64,000 nucleotides of DNA from Yuukianura sp. NJ FZ-2021 (lineage: Eukaryota): contig CM102285.1 of the NCBI GenBank assembly GCA_046563655.1, forward strand, positions 1,984,001-2,048,000. The letters run 5' to 3'. This document shows, one piece after another, positions 25,201 to 38,390 of this stretch (its first letter is position 1; each line of letters begins with the position of its first letter). A model generated the notes under the pieces. The model had not been told where the DNA came from and searched no databases. It saw only the letters and a list, made by a program, of their open reading frames with translations. The translations under genes and the position numbers were made by a program.

Positions 25201-27336
25201 ACGGAGTAGCTTAACATAGCAAGCACTACATGTTGATTGAAGGTTCCTAGATTTATTGGGGGAATTTGTCCAAACGAGCAGTTTAAAAAATTTACGCCTT
25301 GAAACTTACAGCCTTGAAACCACCCCTGACTCAATGTAGCATCCTCAAAATTAGCCCCACTAAAATCACTGTTTCCGCAAACTGAATTTCGTAAACTTGC
25401 TCCAGGGACTTGAATATTTTGAAAATTATCATCCTCGTTGTTTCTTCCAGAAAAATTGTAACCGCTTAAATTTAGAATTGTGAAAGCATTTGAAGCCATT
25501 TGTTCAATTCCAGGAAGAGTAGCAGACCTTTTAATAGTTTCTAACAAAATGCATTGAAATTTTTCGTCTGTTTTAGCTCTGCCAACAAGCATTGACAAAA
25601 CGCCAATAAATTCCGGATCGTTAATATTCTTTTGATTAATTGGAAAGTAAACTCCATCCCTTCTTCTGTTCCAATTCGAATAGTAATTTAGCGCACCTCG
25701 AAGGTTTACGAAAACATCTCTGCTCAAAAAATATTCAAAAAGAGACAGATGCAAAAATTCAAATACGTAACAACATGAATTGTAATGTAGTAGACAAGAA
25801 TCTCTTAAAAATTTCAAATTTTCCATTCGATCCTTATCCTTATCTTTCTCATTTTGTGGGAAAAGTATTTTTTCTAAATTCATGTTTTCCTGTCTCTTAA
25901 ATTTTTTTGAGTGAGGACTCCACGGAATCCAAAGATTCCAAAATAAGGTTTCATTTTCTGAAATTTCTCCGTTCAATACTTTTCCTTCGTTCATAGAAGC
26001 ACAACGCATGGCTAAATTCTGTGCGTAGCCGACCATGTAATGACGCAAAACCTGTCGATTTTCATAAAGAATTTGCGCATGGCCGGTCGGTTCCATCCGT
26101 TCAATTTGGTATTTGAACCAAGCTTGAGTGAATTTGTCATACAGAAGAACCTCCGTTCTACAAATTTCTTCCAGTTTTTGCACAAAGTCATCGCCTGCAT
26201 CTATTTGCTCGGTTGCCTTCCTCTCTGATTCTACTAATTTTGGCAACAGTTGACAAATTATTGTCAAAATGAAAACATTTTGTGCCAATCCTTGCAATTC
26301 TGGAAGTCTATCTAAAAACCAATACTTGTATTCTGAATCTTCCCGTGCAGATTCCCATTTGGGATAATCCTTTGTGGTAGATTTGGTCATCATCCAGGGG
26401 TCGTTTACCTTTGAATCATATTCCATTGCATGCAGAAATTTTGGTACTTGGCTAATATACTTCTCTACAATGCTTTGAATTATTGGCGATATAAAATAAC
26501 TACATCGCTGTTTCTTCAAAAATCCAAATATGTTAGAAACGTCAATATCAACAAATGCATTCGGTCGACAAAATACTACTGTTCGAACACCCTTAAAATC
26601 TTTAGTGTTCCATTTGTTTTCTTCCCACAAATTTGACTTGACTTTAAGTTCATCATATCCATCCAAAATTAAAATCAATTCGCATGTGCATAAATCCAAA
26701 TACAAATTTTGCAGTTCCCCGTCTTGAATTTTTGTTGGAAAGTGATTTCTATGGTTCATTATATAACTAAACAAAATGTCCGACCTGAAACTACGGGAGT
26801 GTTGCTTTGTCTGCTGACTGATCATTTTCTCAACCCGCCCCAGCGGAATGTACACAGGGATTTTGTTTCGAATTTCCGGTTTAACAGAGTCGTAGAGTTC
26901 CTTTGCTAATTTGAGTGCTAACCAAGATTTTCCAGTACCAGAATCTCCAATGACCAGTGTCGACAATGGACCATTTGAATTCGAAATATCTTCCAGAATT
27001 GTCTCTTCCAAGTCGGTGGCCTTGAAAACGCTACCGGGTTTTGCTACAGCAGTCTCCAGTCGAATATGAAGTCCATGGGTTTGTTGAAGTTCTAGTCGCC
27101 TTGAGTAGTACTCAGCTTCGAATAAATTTTTAAACATCGTCTTTATATATGTCGCGGAGTTCCATTCCTGTAATAATTTCGTACAGCACAATTACTAAGT
27201 TATACCACAAGCCATACAATTCCTTTCTAGCTTTCTAGAATTTTGTAGAAGTTCATTTCGTAAAATGAATTTTGTTCGACAAATGAATCCATAGTTTAAT
27301 TTTTTTTACCAATGTTTCTTTGCATGCTGCAGACAT
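22206..27336 (-). CDS. STAND/NACHT NTPase 2, same architecture (exons 27310-27336, 22206-27167; ~1662 aa)
   Basis: Same motifs (GDSGTGKS, LDGYDE, RHSTLII, YNLLFHNCNSWC). 9-codon first exon ATGTCTGCAGCA...TTG|GTAAAA, acceptor TTACAG|GAA. Confidence 0.85.
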
Positions 27337-28722
27337 TTTGTTTTAGAATCCTTCTTGTATTGAAAATTAAAATCAAACCGTTTCTGAAGTTTAACAAATG
27401 AATTTTTCGAGGCTCCAAAACTTGTTGTTGAATTCAAATTAAAAATTAAATTAGATTTTTTGGCGTAAAGTATTACTTCGTGAAAGGAATACTAAAAATG
27501 CAAGTGAAATGGTTAATGTGGAAATTATTGGGTGTGGTGGCAAAAAACTGCGTTTATCTCTTTATTATAACAAGATAAAACTAAACTCTAACCTATCGTC
27601 ATTTTGTATTTTCATCATTTTGTATTTTCATATTTTCATCTACTTGTGTCAATTGGTTAGTCAAAAATTTGAAGTTATAAAGAAATCATTGAGTGATGCA
27701 TGTTCAAATCGAGTAAGTACTTTTTTGTGACAGTTCCATGTGAGTAGTAACATTTGTTGAAAAACGGTACCATTTAATTTAACGTTGCAAACATCAGATG
27801 AACTGTCTGCAAGGGTATCAGTTGCGTAGTTAATCCTTTTTGATTTTCCAAACCACACCAAGCTTTAAGGTGGTTTTGGTTTATATTTCTGATGTATGTG
27901 AATTGCTTAACAGCGGAAGAGATAAGTTGTATATTAATTCAGTAGTACATAGAAATTCCAACATCACTGAATTGGACAATTGTAACCTTAAATTTCTTAA
28001 ACAGGAGTAAGAATCCCTTTGAAAATGAAACAAGTTTGCTAAAACAACGCGAGTCTTTGCGACTCTCAAAGATGACATTTATTTTTTCGGTTAAGACCAC
28101 AGGAATTGCAATGTCACTGTGACCTTATACTTACAACAAATTCAAAAACGTTGGTGAAAATTGGGGTACGAATGCACAACTATTTTCAAAAAATCTTTTC
28201 CACGAGTAATTCCTGAGCGCTAGTTTTCGATTTGTACACAACAGCGAAAAGCGAACTAAAAGTTAGATCATTAAGAGCTTATTCGGTAAATTAGTCTTTT
28301 TCAATCGCCGTCAGAACCAAACGAATTTTGATGCAAGATTAAGTGAATTTGCGAATCAGATTCGCAATAATTATTAATTGAATATAGTAATCAAAAAGAA
28401 AAATACATCTTGTACACAACAAAATTCTCGTATATATTTATTCGAGATTTTATTTCTTATTCAATTCCTGTTTTTATTTTTTATATTCTCTATCTTGTGT
28501 TGTCCAAATATTTAAGTTACAATTATTATACATGGGTATTATAATATCTACGAATATTGTACACATTATGAAAATTGTATGTTTCTATCATATTTAATCA
28601 ATTAACTTAAACTCATTACACTTTCTCATTCCCTTTTTGAACTGTATACTTTTGCAACGGAAAGTCTTGTGGAAGACTAGCGAAAAGTCTATACAATTTA
28701 GGATTGAATTTGGTTTCAAGAT

Positions 28723-31700
28723 CTAGTACTTGAAGTTTCTTTTTGCACCAACTATTACAATTGTGGAACAATAAACTATATTTCCACTGTGGTTAGGTTG
28801 AAGTTTCTTTTTGCACCAACTATTACAATTGTGGAACAATAAACTATATTTCCACTGTGGATTATACGTATCTACCCAAATATTTTTCAATAACTTCATC
28901 CCCTTGTGAGGATGTACTTCAATTTGCTTCCCAAAATAATTTTTAATTATTCCTTCATACTGCAATTTCCCTTTGCATGGTACACATCTGATATTTACGT
29001 TGTGTTCTCTGTCTTGAGTTAATTCCGCTCTAATAACAAAGTGCCCTCCGTGTAAAATTCCTTCAATAATCAACGCTGAATGTTGATCCATTGAAGAATA
29101 CACTGTTTTACCCATCAGTTTAAATTTATTCTTTTTAGCAATAACCGTCACAGTCCACTTTTTAGTCAAGTCAACTTGCTGTTCAGAAGTTACTAGAATG
29201 GAATGTTGGTATTCCGTTACCGGCAGAAATAAATTGCAAAACGGTCGATATGCTCTGCCTACTGATGGAGAACCAAGTGAACCATGAAATTTTAGGAGTG
29301 ACAAATTTGTACTGTTGATAAATCGTGAAAAAGATATGTCAACTCCTCTCAACGAGAGTTTTGAACTTGAACTTTGACCATTATCTACCCTCCAGTCCTT
29401 GAATTTACTTAATTTCCCTGTTTCGAAACATTTCCTTAGAGATTCAGAATTTACAGTAAGACAACTTAAATTTTCAGTGTCACAGCTTACTACAATACGG
29501 GCTTGCTTAGGAACGGTTTCGACAATTTGAAATTTAGACACGGATTGGAACACATGAAATACAAACAACGTCTTCAGCTGGATCGAATCTAAAATATGTA
29601 TGTCTGCATTACGAAACAGAACTAAAATCCATCCTAGTTTAGTAGATGAAACCACTTGGACAGGGGCATCAGTCTCTGATTTACTATATTTTTCAACATG
29701 TGTGCAATAGAAGTACTCGGAATCGTTGAAACCTTGTAGAATATTGTCCCTTTGAGGAACAGTATGTAAGGTCGGCTTAGTACGTCGTGGAAATGTTTCT
29801 CCGTACTTAATTTCAAGTGTCTTGTAACTTTTTTCATTAATATTAAGATTCAAAACTCCAATTTCATTGCTGTCTGGATGGTAAACGTACCAAACACTTT
29901 CAAAGTTTGGATCAAAAGCAAAGCGGGGCGAGGAAAAACTTATCTCAAAAGATAGATGATCAAATGTCAGTTCTAAGCAAATTTCTTCATCAGAACAAGT
30001 TTCAGTGATGCTATAGCAAGTAAGTCGTTCATTATTTTGGTAAATAATTTTTTGGTAATGCTGAAACATGTGGAAATCGATACAAGCGTCCCATACAAAT
30101 TCAGGCAAAGTCGGTTTATTTTTTATTGGAATAATTTTATTTGATTTAGCGTTATATGCTATCAATCTATTTGAAATTAACATGCGATGGATCAGAGTAT
30201 GATTTGGAGTTATTAGAACTGAATCATAGTCACTTCGACCCAATGTACCGTGAGGTAAAATTGTATACGGGATGCGAAAACAACTCGAAGACTTTTTTCT
30301 TAATCCACCATTTTCAGCAGAATAGAAATCCAATACATACTCGCGAGTGGCCGAAAACTCATCAGGACTGAGGTGAACACTTAAGAGACCATCGTCTGAG
30401 ATGAATTCTGCTCTTGAACTTGTTTGACTTCTCAATCCTTTTGTACATGTTGTTAATTCCTGCACAGGTTCAAAATGTAACGTATTTTGAAGAATATACA
30501 TTAAGTATGTTTTACCATACTCTGTGTCATTATTTAAACATATAAACACCGCTGGTGTGTTAAAGTCTATTAGTACAGTTTGTAACAACTGTTCAGTGGT
30601 AACGCTGTACACTTCAACGCATGTTTTTAAATTCCTTGCAATGAAATTATAGTTTTCAGAAACAACACATTGTTGATTTATTTGAACATCAATGATTTTG
30701 TGCGAAGATGGACATTTCAGTTTGTATTCTTGTAAAAGGTCAAGTACTTGAACAAAAAACGATTTTTGTTTAGCTGGATCTTGTTCTACGAATTCACGCC
30801 ACAAGTCCAAACAAACTTTTGGATTTTTCAATACACCAAGATACGTTTCATTTTTTAAATCGAACAAGTAAATATTTGTCATACCTAAGAAAGTTATGTG
30901 TGACCTTCCATCGTAAAATATTCCGGAGAGGAACAAATTGTCATCAAAATTATCTTCCTGTTCTGGCTCTATGCCGTCACTTGAATCGATATGCCAAAAC
31001 AATTCAAAGCAAAAACTTTCTTCGTTCCATAAAATAGGACTGTCCTTATTACGTAGCATTGAAACGTGCACGACATCTGTTGAAACAGTTCCAGAGTCGG
31101 TGTATTCAAATTCAGGACGGATAGAAACAAGAATTTTAAAACGTCCAAACGCAAACCAAAAATATTTTTTATAATACAATTTTGAGGGTGTTTCAAAAAC
31201 CTTGAATTTTTCTTCGTCAACAAAAACTGAATTTAGCTCATTCGGAAAAAATACAATATATTTTTGTACATACTCAAATTGGTTAGAATAATTCAATAGA
31301 GAATCTAAACTCAACGTACTCGAATCAACTGTTCCCCAACTTTTAAGTGAGCCGGCCTTGAATTCGTACCAAAATTGAAGAATCAGAACGGGCTTCCTAT
31401 CTCCGGTTGGAACATGCTTTAAAGTAGGTACAAAACCTAACAAAATTACACTACCTGTATTTTCTACAAAGAAAAACGAATGATCATCATCTTCCCTTAT
31501 TTTTCTCAAAAATGTTGCTTCAGGCATTATAAATCCAAACTTTTCTTGAAAGATGTAACTTTTAAAATATAGATCCGAAAAACTTTCACTTCGTTCCTCG
31601 TAACATGTGACCAGATAACAAAATTTGTCATCAGAGTAAGTAAAAATCGCATGCATAATATTTTCATTGGAACTTCCAACAGTCATTGGAGGAATTTGTC

Positions 31701-33748
31701 CAAATGAACAATTTAAAAAATTTACACCTTGAAATTTACACCCTTGAAACCATCCCTGATTCAATTCTGCATTTTCAAAATTTGCACCACTAAAATCAGT
31801 GTTTCCACAAATAGAACTTTTTAAGCTTGCTCCAGGGACTTGAATATTTTGAAAATTATCATCCTCTTTGTTTCTTCCAGAAAAACTGTAACCGCTTAAA
31901 TTTAGAATTGTGAAAGCATTTGAAGCCATTTGTTCAATTCCAGGAAGAGTAGCTGACTTTTTAATAGTTGTTAGCAAAATATCTTGAAATTTTTCGTCTG
32001 TTTTAGCTCTGCCAACTAGCATAGACAAAACACCTACAAATTCTGGATCGTTGATATTCTTTTGATTAATTGGAAAGTAAACTCCTTCTCTTCTTCTGTT
32101 CCAATTTGAATAATAATTTAGAACACCTCGGAATTTTTCAAAAACTTCACGACTCAGGAAGTATTCAAAAATAGACAAATGCAAAAATTCAAATGCGTAA
32201 GAACATGAATTGTAACGCAACAGACAAGAATCCCTTAAAAATTTCAAATTTTCCATTCGATCCTTGTCTTTATCTTTCTCATTTTGCGGGAAAAGTAATT
32301 TTTCTAAATTCATGTTTTCCCGTCTCTTAAACTTTTTTGAGTGAGGACTCCATGGGGTCCAAAGATTCCAAAACAAAGTTTCACCTTCTGAAATTTCACC
32401 GTTCAATACTTTTCCCTCATTTAGAGAAGCACAACGCATGGCTAAATTCTGTGCATAGCCCACCATATAATGACGAAGCACATGTCTATTTTCGAAAAGA
32501 ACATGCGCATTCCCTGTTGGTTGCATTCGTTCAATTTGGTATTTGAACCAAGCTTGAGTGAATTTGTCATACAGAAGAACCTCCGTTCTACAAATTTCTT
32601 CTAGTTTCTGCACAAAGTCATCACATACATTTTTTTCCTCGGTAGCTTTCCTCTCTGATTCTACTAATTTTGGCAAAAGTTGACAAATTGTGGTCAAAAT
32701 GAAAACATTTTGTGCCAATCCTTGCAATTCTGGAAGTCTCTCTAAAAACCAATACTTGTATTCTGAATCCTCCTGTGCCGACTCCCATTTGGGATGATCC
32801 TTTGTGATAGATTTTGTCATCATCCAGGGATCGTTTACCTTTGCTTCATACTGCATTGAATGCAGAAATTGTGGTACCTTGCTAATATACTTCTCTACAT
32901 TGCTTCCAATTATTGGGGATATGAAATAGCAAGGTTGCTGTTTCTTGGAAAATCCAAATATTTTTGAAATATCAACATCAACAAACGCATTCCGCCGACA
33001 AAAAATGATTGTTCGAACTTCCTTGAAATCCTTCGTGTTCCATTTGTTTTCTTCCCATAGATTAGACTTGACTTTCATTTCATCATATCCATCCAAAATT
33101 AAAATCAATTGACAATCGCATAAATCCAAATACAAATTTTGCAATTTCCAATCTTCAAACGGAAAGTGATTTCTATGGTTCATAATGTAACTAAACAAAA
33201 TGTCCGACCTGAATCTACTGGACTCTTGATTCTTTTGCTGACTGATCATTTTCTCAATTCGCCCCAATGGAATGTACACAGGGACTCTGTTTTGAAACGC
33301 TGGTTGCGATGAGTCGTACAATTTCTTTGCTAATTTGAGTGCTAACCAAGATTTCCCGGTTCCAGAATCTCCAAGGACCAGTGTTGACAAGGGACCATTT
33401 GAGTTTAAAATATCCTCCAGAATCCTATTCTGCAAATCAATATTTTTCAAAGTACCGCCCATCTGCGTCTCCAGTCGAATATGAAGTCCAACGCTTTTTT
33501 GAAGTTCAAGAATGCGTGAGTAGTATTCCGCTTCAAATAAAGTTTTGAACATTGACTTCAGATCCTCCGGAGAATTCCTTCTCTGCAATTTTTTTTTTGA
33601 TAAAGTATAAGTTCGACTGTAACAATGTACCCACAATTTTTGTAAATTTACAGTGTAAAAGAAAACAACATTGTTTTAGAAGTATGAACTATATAGTTAC
33701 ATATATAATTTAAAATTTTACCACTGATTGTTCGCCTACTGCATCCAT
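28723..33748 (-). CDS. STAND/NACHT NTPase 3, same architecture, C-terminal tail frameshifted (exons 33722-33748, 28723-33582; ~1628 aa)
   Basis: Same motifs (QHSALII, YSLLFHNCNSWC). 9-codon first exon ATGGATGCAGTA...GTG|GTAAAA. The tail is altered by the duplication at 28730-28860. Confidence 0.85.
28730..28860. repeat. Exact 63-nt tandem duplication (period 68) in the 3' end of NACHT gene 3
   Basis: 28730-28792 = 28798-28860, separated by TTAGG. Confidence 0.9.
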
Positions 33749-34224
33749 TTTACCGCTTGTGTTTGAGATGTCTTGTTGTGTTGTAAGTCAGAATCACGCT
33801 GGGCGGTAATCGTGAAGGTATAAAAATGGAAATTTTTAGGGGGTGTAGATTTAAGGTTGAATTAAAATTAAATTAGCTTCGTGTTTAAAACTTTAGTTAG
33901 TTGAAAGTGGCAAATAAAATGGCTGGAATCAAATGGGTTGATGATGGCGTCACTCTCACTGGCCAGTCGTTTTAGTAGAAGATAAGATAAATTGCAATGC
34001 TTTCAACACTGATAAACAAAATGTTAAGAGAATTATACATGTCGCAGTTTAAAATTATAAATATAAAATAAAAGCATTGTTTAGTAACCAATGAATGTTC
34101 ATTGTTCAAGGCAAGCAAGTTGTTTCATTGGTAAGAATGCTAAAAGCGTACGTAACTCCTCCGCGATGCACGAACGAAATGGTGTGACTCCGAAAAGCCT
34201 AAAAATAAATGTAGTTTCCAAATA

Positions 34225-35084
34225 CCGTAAATGCTCTAATGCAAGCGCGTATTCTAATAGAAGCGCATACTCTAATACAAGCGCGGTTTCAGAGGCGGCA
34301 AACTGCGATATAAGCGCGGTAGCCAACTTGAGTTTAAAACAGAACCTAGAGCAAACAGACATCATCTGTTGGAATTAATATCTTTACTAATTTGACTCAA
34401 ATCAAACTGTAGCGTTTACATACCGTTTCCTTTTTGAAAATGGTGGAACCAAAAATACGACCGTTCGACATCAGTCGTAATGTTACAAGTCGTTTAGTAC
34501 GCTACTACTAATACCGCCGCTAGTACCGCGGTTCATGTCGGACACAAGTCTTTAGTTGTCGGAAGCAAAAGGATAAACTTGACAACAACTTAGCTAACTT
34601 TAAATTTATTTGGAATGAATTTTATGTTATTGTGAAATGGAATTTCAAATGACCAAATCAAAAGTCGTTCCACCTCTTCGGTACAAATCTACATACTGAG
34701 GGAACGTAGATGAAAAGATTAACTTCATCTTAAAAGCAGTGTTGCTGTATATTCTCTCTGAAGTTTCGTCCAGTGGATATCCACTGAATAATTAATTATA
34801 TTTCATCCGGTTTCATCCGGAAGAAATGGATAAAATTTGATAGTACTTCCACCTAATTTGTTGTAGGTGGAAGAAATATTTTATCCATACGACCACACTG
34901 CTCCAAACCTTTGAAAAAAGCAACAGTGAGACAAACTCAATTATTAATTAACCCAAAGTATTAATTAAATTTATCCTCACTTAAACTTGTTCATTATTCC
35001 GGTAATAAATAGTATTCCAATAGAAGCGCGCCCGAAAGGCCGAGAATTCTTATAAGCGGCGCGCTTATATTAGAGCATTTACGG
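34225..35084. mobile_element. Non-autonomous Tc1/mariner(pogo)-type element
   Basis: TIR CCGTAAATGCTCTAAT..AAGCGCG / CGCGCTT..ATTAGAGCATTTACGG, flanked by TA on both sides. Absent from the left arm. Confidence 0.8.
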
Positions 35085-36121
35085 TAGCAAAGTGTTAACG
35101 TTTTTTATGAAAAGACAAACTCCAGATGCTTTTAGCACTTCGATGCACTGCAAGTTCAATATAAGTATATACCATATAGATGTTTGCTTCTATTTGTTCA
35201 CTTGTTTAGCCAAACACTAGAACTGTGAGAAGAAAATTTATAAACAGTTACTTTTAGATTAATGTTACTAATTTAGCCAAACAGTATTCAAGGTTTAAAG
35301 TAATGTTGGTAGCGTGCAAAGTTCATTATTTGTCATTTCAAAATAAATTATTACGTTTTTTTTTTTTATAAAAGATCAAGCCATGAGAGACGTCGAAAAA
35401 GTACAAATGACGACATGGATTAGTAATGCTCCTCAGTTCCTCAGTGAATCATCCGAAATTTCCAGAATCATGTTTCAACAAGTTCCACAGTTTTGGTTAT
35501 GGTTGATCAAACGAAGTAGTGAACAGTGGAGTTTTTATTGTGGAGTTGAAAAGTGTTCAAAGAGGCAACTACTAATCGAAAAGTGAATTTGAAGAAAGTT
35601 TTGAAGGAACACAGATGTGGAAGTGGTTTCGAAAAATGTTTTCAAGATTCCGAAAACCAAGAAACGAACCAGTACAGGATTCGGTAATTTTGAAATAATC
35701 AAAAATTCTGGTTTCTTAAAACGTGATTAGAAAAAAACAATCTACACGATTTTTTTCACATTTTTATTCAAAAGTTATATTTTCTTTGTAACTTTTAGAA
35801 CAAAAATGAGTTCGATGAAGACTCTGCTGACTCAATTTTACTCAAGAAGCATGTCAAGTCAATTTCAAGCACCCAAGGCGTTCTGATGATGTGTACTGGA
35901 GGAATACATGCCTTCCTTATGATGGAGTACTTGGAATGGAACGAAGATGCAAAGAAATTTGTTCGATCATTCCAACGTCTTGACTTTGGTCCAAAGTCCA
36001 AAGCCCATATTCTTTTAGGCAAAGGGAGGCTTCGTGTCACTACTGTTAAGAAAGACACTGAGGAAGGAACAGAAAAGTTGGAACAGTGGGAAAAAAGTGT
36101 CAAAGTTGGACCACATTGGAA

Positions 36122-37596
36122 CATAGCTCGGCACTTCTCCGATCCCCGCTCTCCGCTCCTGCATTCCCCGCTCTCCGATCGCGATCGGAGAGCGGAGCCA
36201 GCCAGAGCGGAAGGTAGGGCCAGAGATCGGGGAGCGGAGAAAGTCAGAGCGGAGAAGAAGCCCAAAGAGCGGGGAGCGGAAAAAGTCAGAGCGGAAGGGA
36301 AGCCCAAAGAGCGGGGAGCGGAGAAAGTCAGAGCGGGGGCTTAGGGCAAAAGATCGGGGAGCGGGTGCTTGGGAGCGGAGGAAAAGCGCCGAGGTGAGGT
36401 TTTTCGGAATGGCAAAATCCAGGGAAAATTTAAAGCCGCAAGTTCTAAAGCAGAGTTACTATTACTTACTTTTTGTTTTTAAGTTGTTTCTGTGGCATAC
36501 AACATAATGAATTGACCGTTACACGCCTATCAGTGTTGTATATAGTATTTAAGGGTCGGGTAGTTTTTTACGTTTCAGTGAAAGATACTGAAATAAATGA
36601 AAGAAACTGAAAAATTGAAAGAAACTGAAAAAAAGTGAAATTAACTGAAAATTTCACCGATGTTTTTTTTTCATTTCACTGAAAGAAATTGAAAGAAAGT
36701 GAAAGAAATTGAAATATTGCATTCAAATATTTCAGCTTATCAGTGAAATAAATTAAAGAAGCTGAAAAGGTTTATTTCGTTTCATGTATTTTTCAGTTTT
36801 TTAATTTTTCACTGAAAAGTGAAATATTGCAGTTCTAACACTGCCGCCTATCACCGGAGTAAATGCTGTAGAGGGATATGTCGCACAAGTCAAATGTCAA
36901 CTCAAAATATGTCATATTGTCACATCAAGGCAACGTCGCCACAATATGTTGTCAAGATGAGTGTCTCCAAGCCATGTCACCTCTCACATGCGACCTGAAT
37001 GAATCCGCGTTGTCGTCCCCTGAAACCTCTGCGTCAATGTCGCCGAGGTAAATGTCGCTGTGGTAAATGTCGCTACGACTACGTGTCGCCGTGCTGTCCC
37101 AAATAAATGTCGCTGAATGAAATAGCGTCTATTCAAATGTCGCCGAGATTCCGCATCTTCCAAACTAAAATATTGCCGAAGTGAGCATTTATACAATCTA
37201 TTACGAAGTACTGTTAGGAGAAATGTCGAGGTCAAAATTTCTTGAAGAAAGAAATGCTAGTGGTGGTGTCGCCTAATCAAATTTCACTCAATGTCGCCAA
37301 ATGTTTTTGATTGGTTACGATTTAATTTAGTATAGCTTTAACAGTGCAGCATATAGATGTAATTATGGGGTTGGGATCGGAGAGCGGAAAAAGATCGCTT
37401 GGGAGCGGAGAATGTACTCGCAGAGCGGGGAGCGGAGCCAGACAGAGCGGGAGGAAAGGCCAAAGAGCGGGGAGCGGAAAAAGACAGAGCGGGGGGAAAG
37501 GCCAAAGAGCGGGGAGCGGAGCCAGCCAGAGCGGGGGGTAAGGATGAAAGATCGGGGAGCGGGTGCATGGGAGCGGAGCAAAAGTGCCGAACTCTG
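36122..37596. mobile_element. Non-autonomous hAT-type element with GAGCGGGGAGCGGA subterminal repeats
   Basis: TIR CA(T/G)AG(C/T)TCGGCACTT. Perfect 8-bp TSD CATTGGAA at 36114-36121 and 37597-37604. Absent from the left copy (HWNVDVEK is continuous there). Confidence 0.9.
36531..36843. mobile_element. Nested hAT-like MITE
   Basis: CAGTGTT...AACACTG termini, near-perfect TSD ACGCCTAT/CCGCCTAT and internal GAAAGAAACTGAAA repeats. Confidence 0.7.
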
Positions 37597-38390
37597 CATT
37601 GGAACGTCGATGTTGAAAAAGTGAAAGGAACGTTTGATGCTGCTGTTAACGCACATTCCAGGAATAGGGAAGTCTTTACAAATGAAAAACTGCAGCTTCT
37701 TTACTCGTTGCCAGGCGACAGCAGTGGAAGTTCAATGCCAAAATCTACTGATGTGAGGATTCTTTTCAATATATTTTTACAAACAATTTTAGTAGTGAAC
37801 ATTTGAAAAATAATAATTTTTTTTATAAATAGACAAACAACTGCGTGACGTTTTCCAGAAAATTCATGACTACGTACTACGAAGCCTTAGGGTTGACTGA
37901 AGACAACGTGAAAATTCTCAATGGAAAGGAAAAATACGTTCCAGTTCAAAGCCCTTGGCCAATGGTACTTCATTACGGAAACAAGCAAGAAAGTCGTGAT
38001 ATATTGTTGTAAAACGGCATGTTGTGGAAAACACAATTTTGAAAATACAATCTGTAAACGTTGCAATTCTTATTTTGGTTAACGAGCAAATCAATTTTTT
38101 TTGCCGCCAAAAAGCTACCAAGAAATGTTTAGATATCTGTTTCCCAGAGATGTTGGCTGGGATACTCACTTTAAAAAGGACGAGATTTTATATTGTATCA
38201 ACGTAATTATATTCTTGAAGTTTGTGTCTACAACTCTAAAATAAAAAAATTTGCTAATGATTTTGGATGGGAAAGTTGTTCGATATTGCTATGGTTTTTT
38301 TTACAACAACATTCGCTCCATAGTAATTATTTACTTAATAGTTCTAAATTATTATTAATTTAATTAATAGCATATTTAATATTTTTCCAG

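Larger units (their letters stand above)
35383..38012 (+). pseudogene. Stand-alone PPPDE-type peptidase-domain gene, right copy, disrupted
   Basis: Exons 35383-35683 (1-nt deletion gives a TGA at 35584-35586), 35799-37752 (hAT insertion 36122-37596) and 37833-38012 (TNNCVTFSRKF...ILL*). Confidence 0.7.

Noticed and set aside
16529-33748. NACHT array as bacterial contamination or endosymbiont sequence
   Set aside because: Each gene has a conserved in-phase spliceosomal first intron and is interleaved with eukaryotic genes and transposons of similar base composition.
34091-34378. Overlapping 95-aa and 88-aa ORFs
   Set aside because: They span the mariner-type element end and its short internal repeats; no transposase motif.
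34737-34900. Degenerate relative of the 63053-63244 MITE (CAGTGTTG...CACACTG, GGATATCCAC)
   Set aside because: The ends are decayed and no TSD is visible, so it was not listed as a separate feature.
35795-37806. Repetitive ORFs (ERGAEKVRAE / SAPRS) on both strands
   Set aside because: They are translations of the GAGCGGGGAGCGGA subterminal repeats of the hAT insertion, not a repeat protein.
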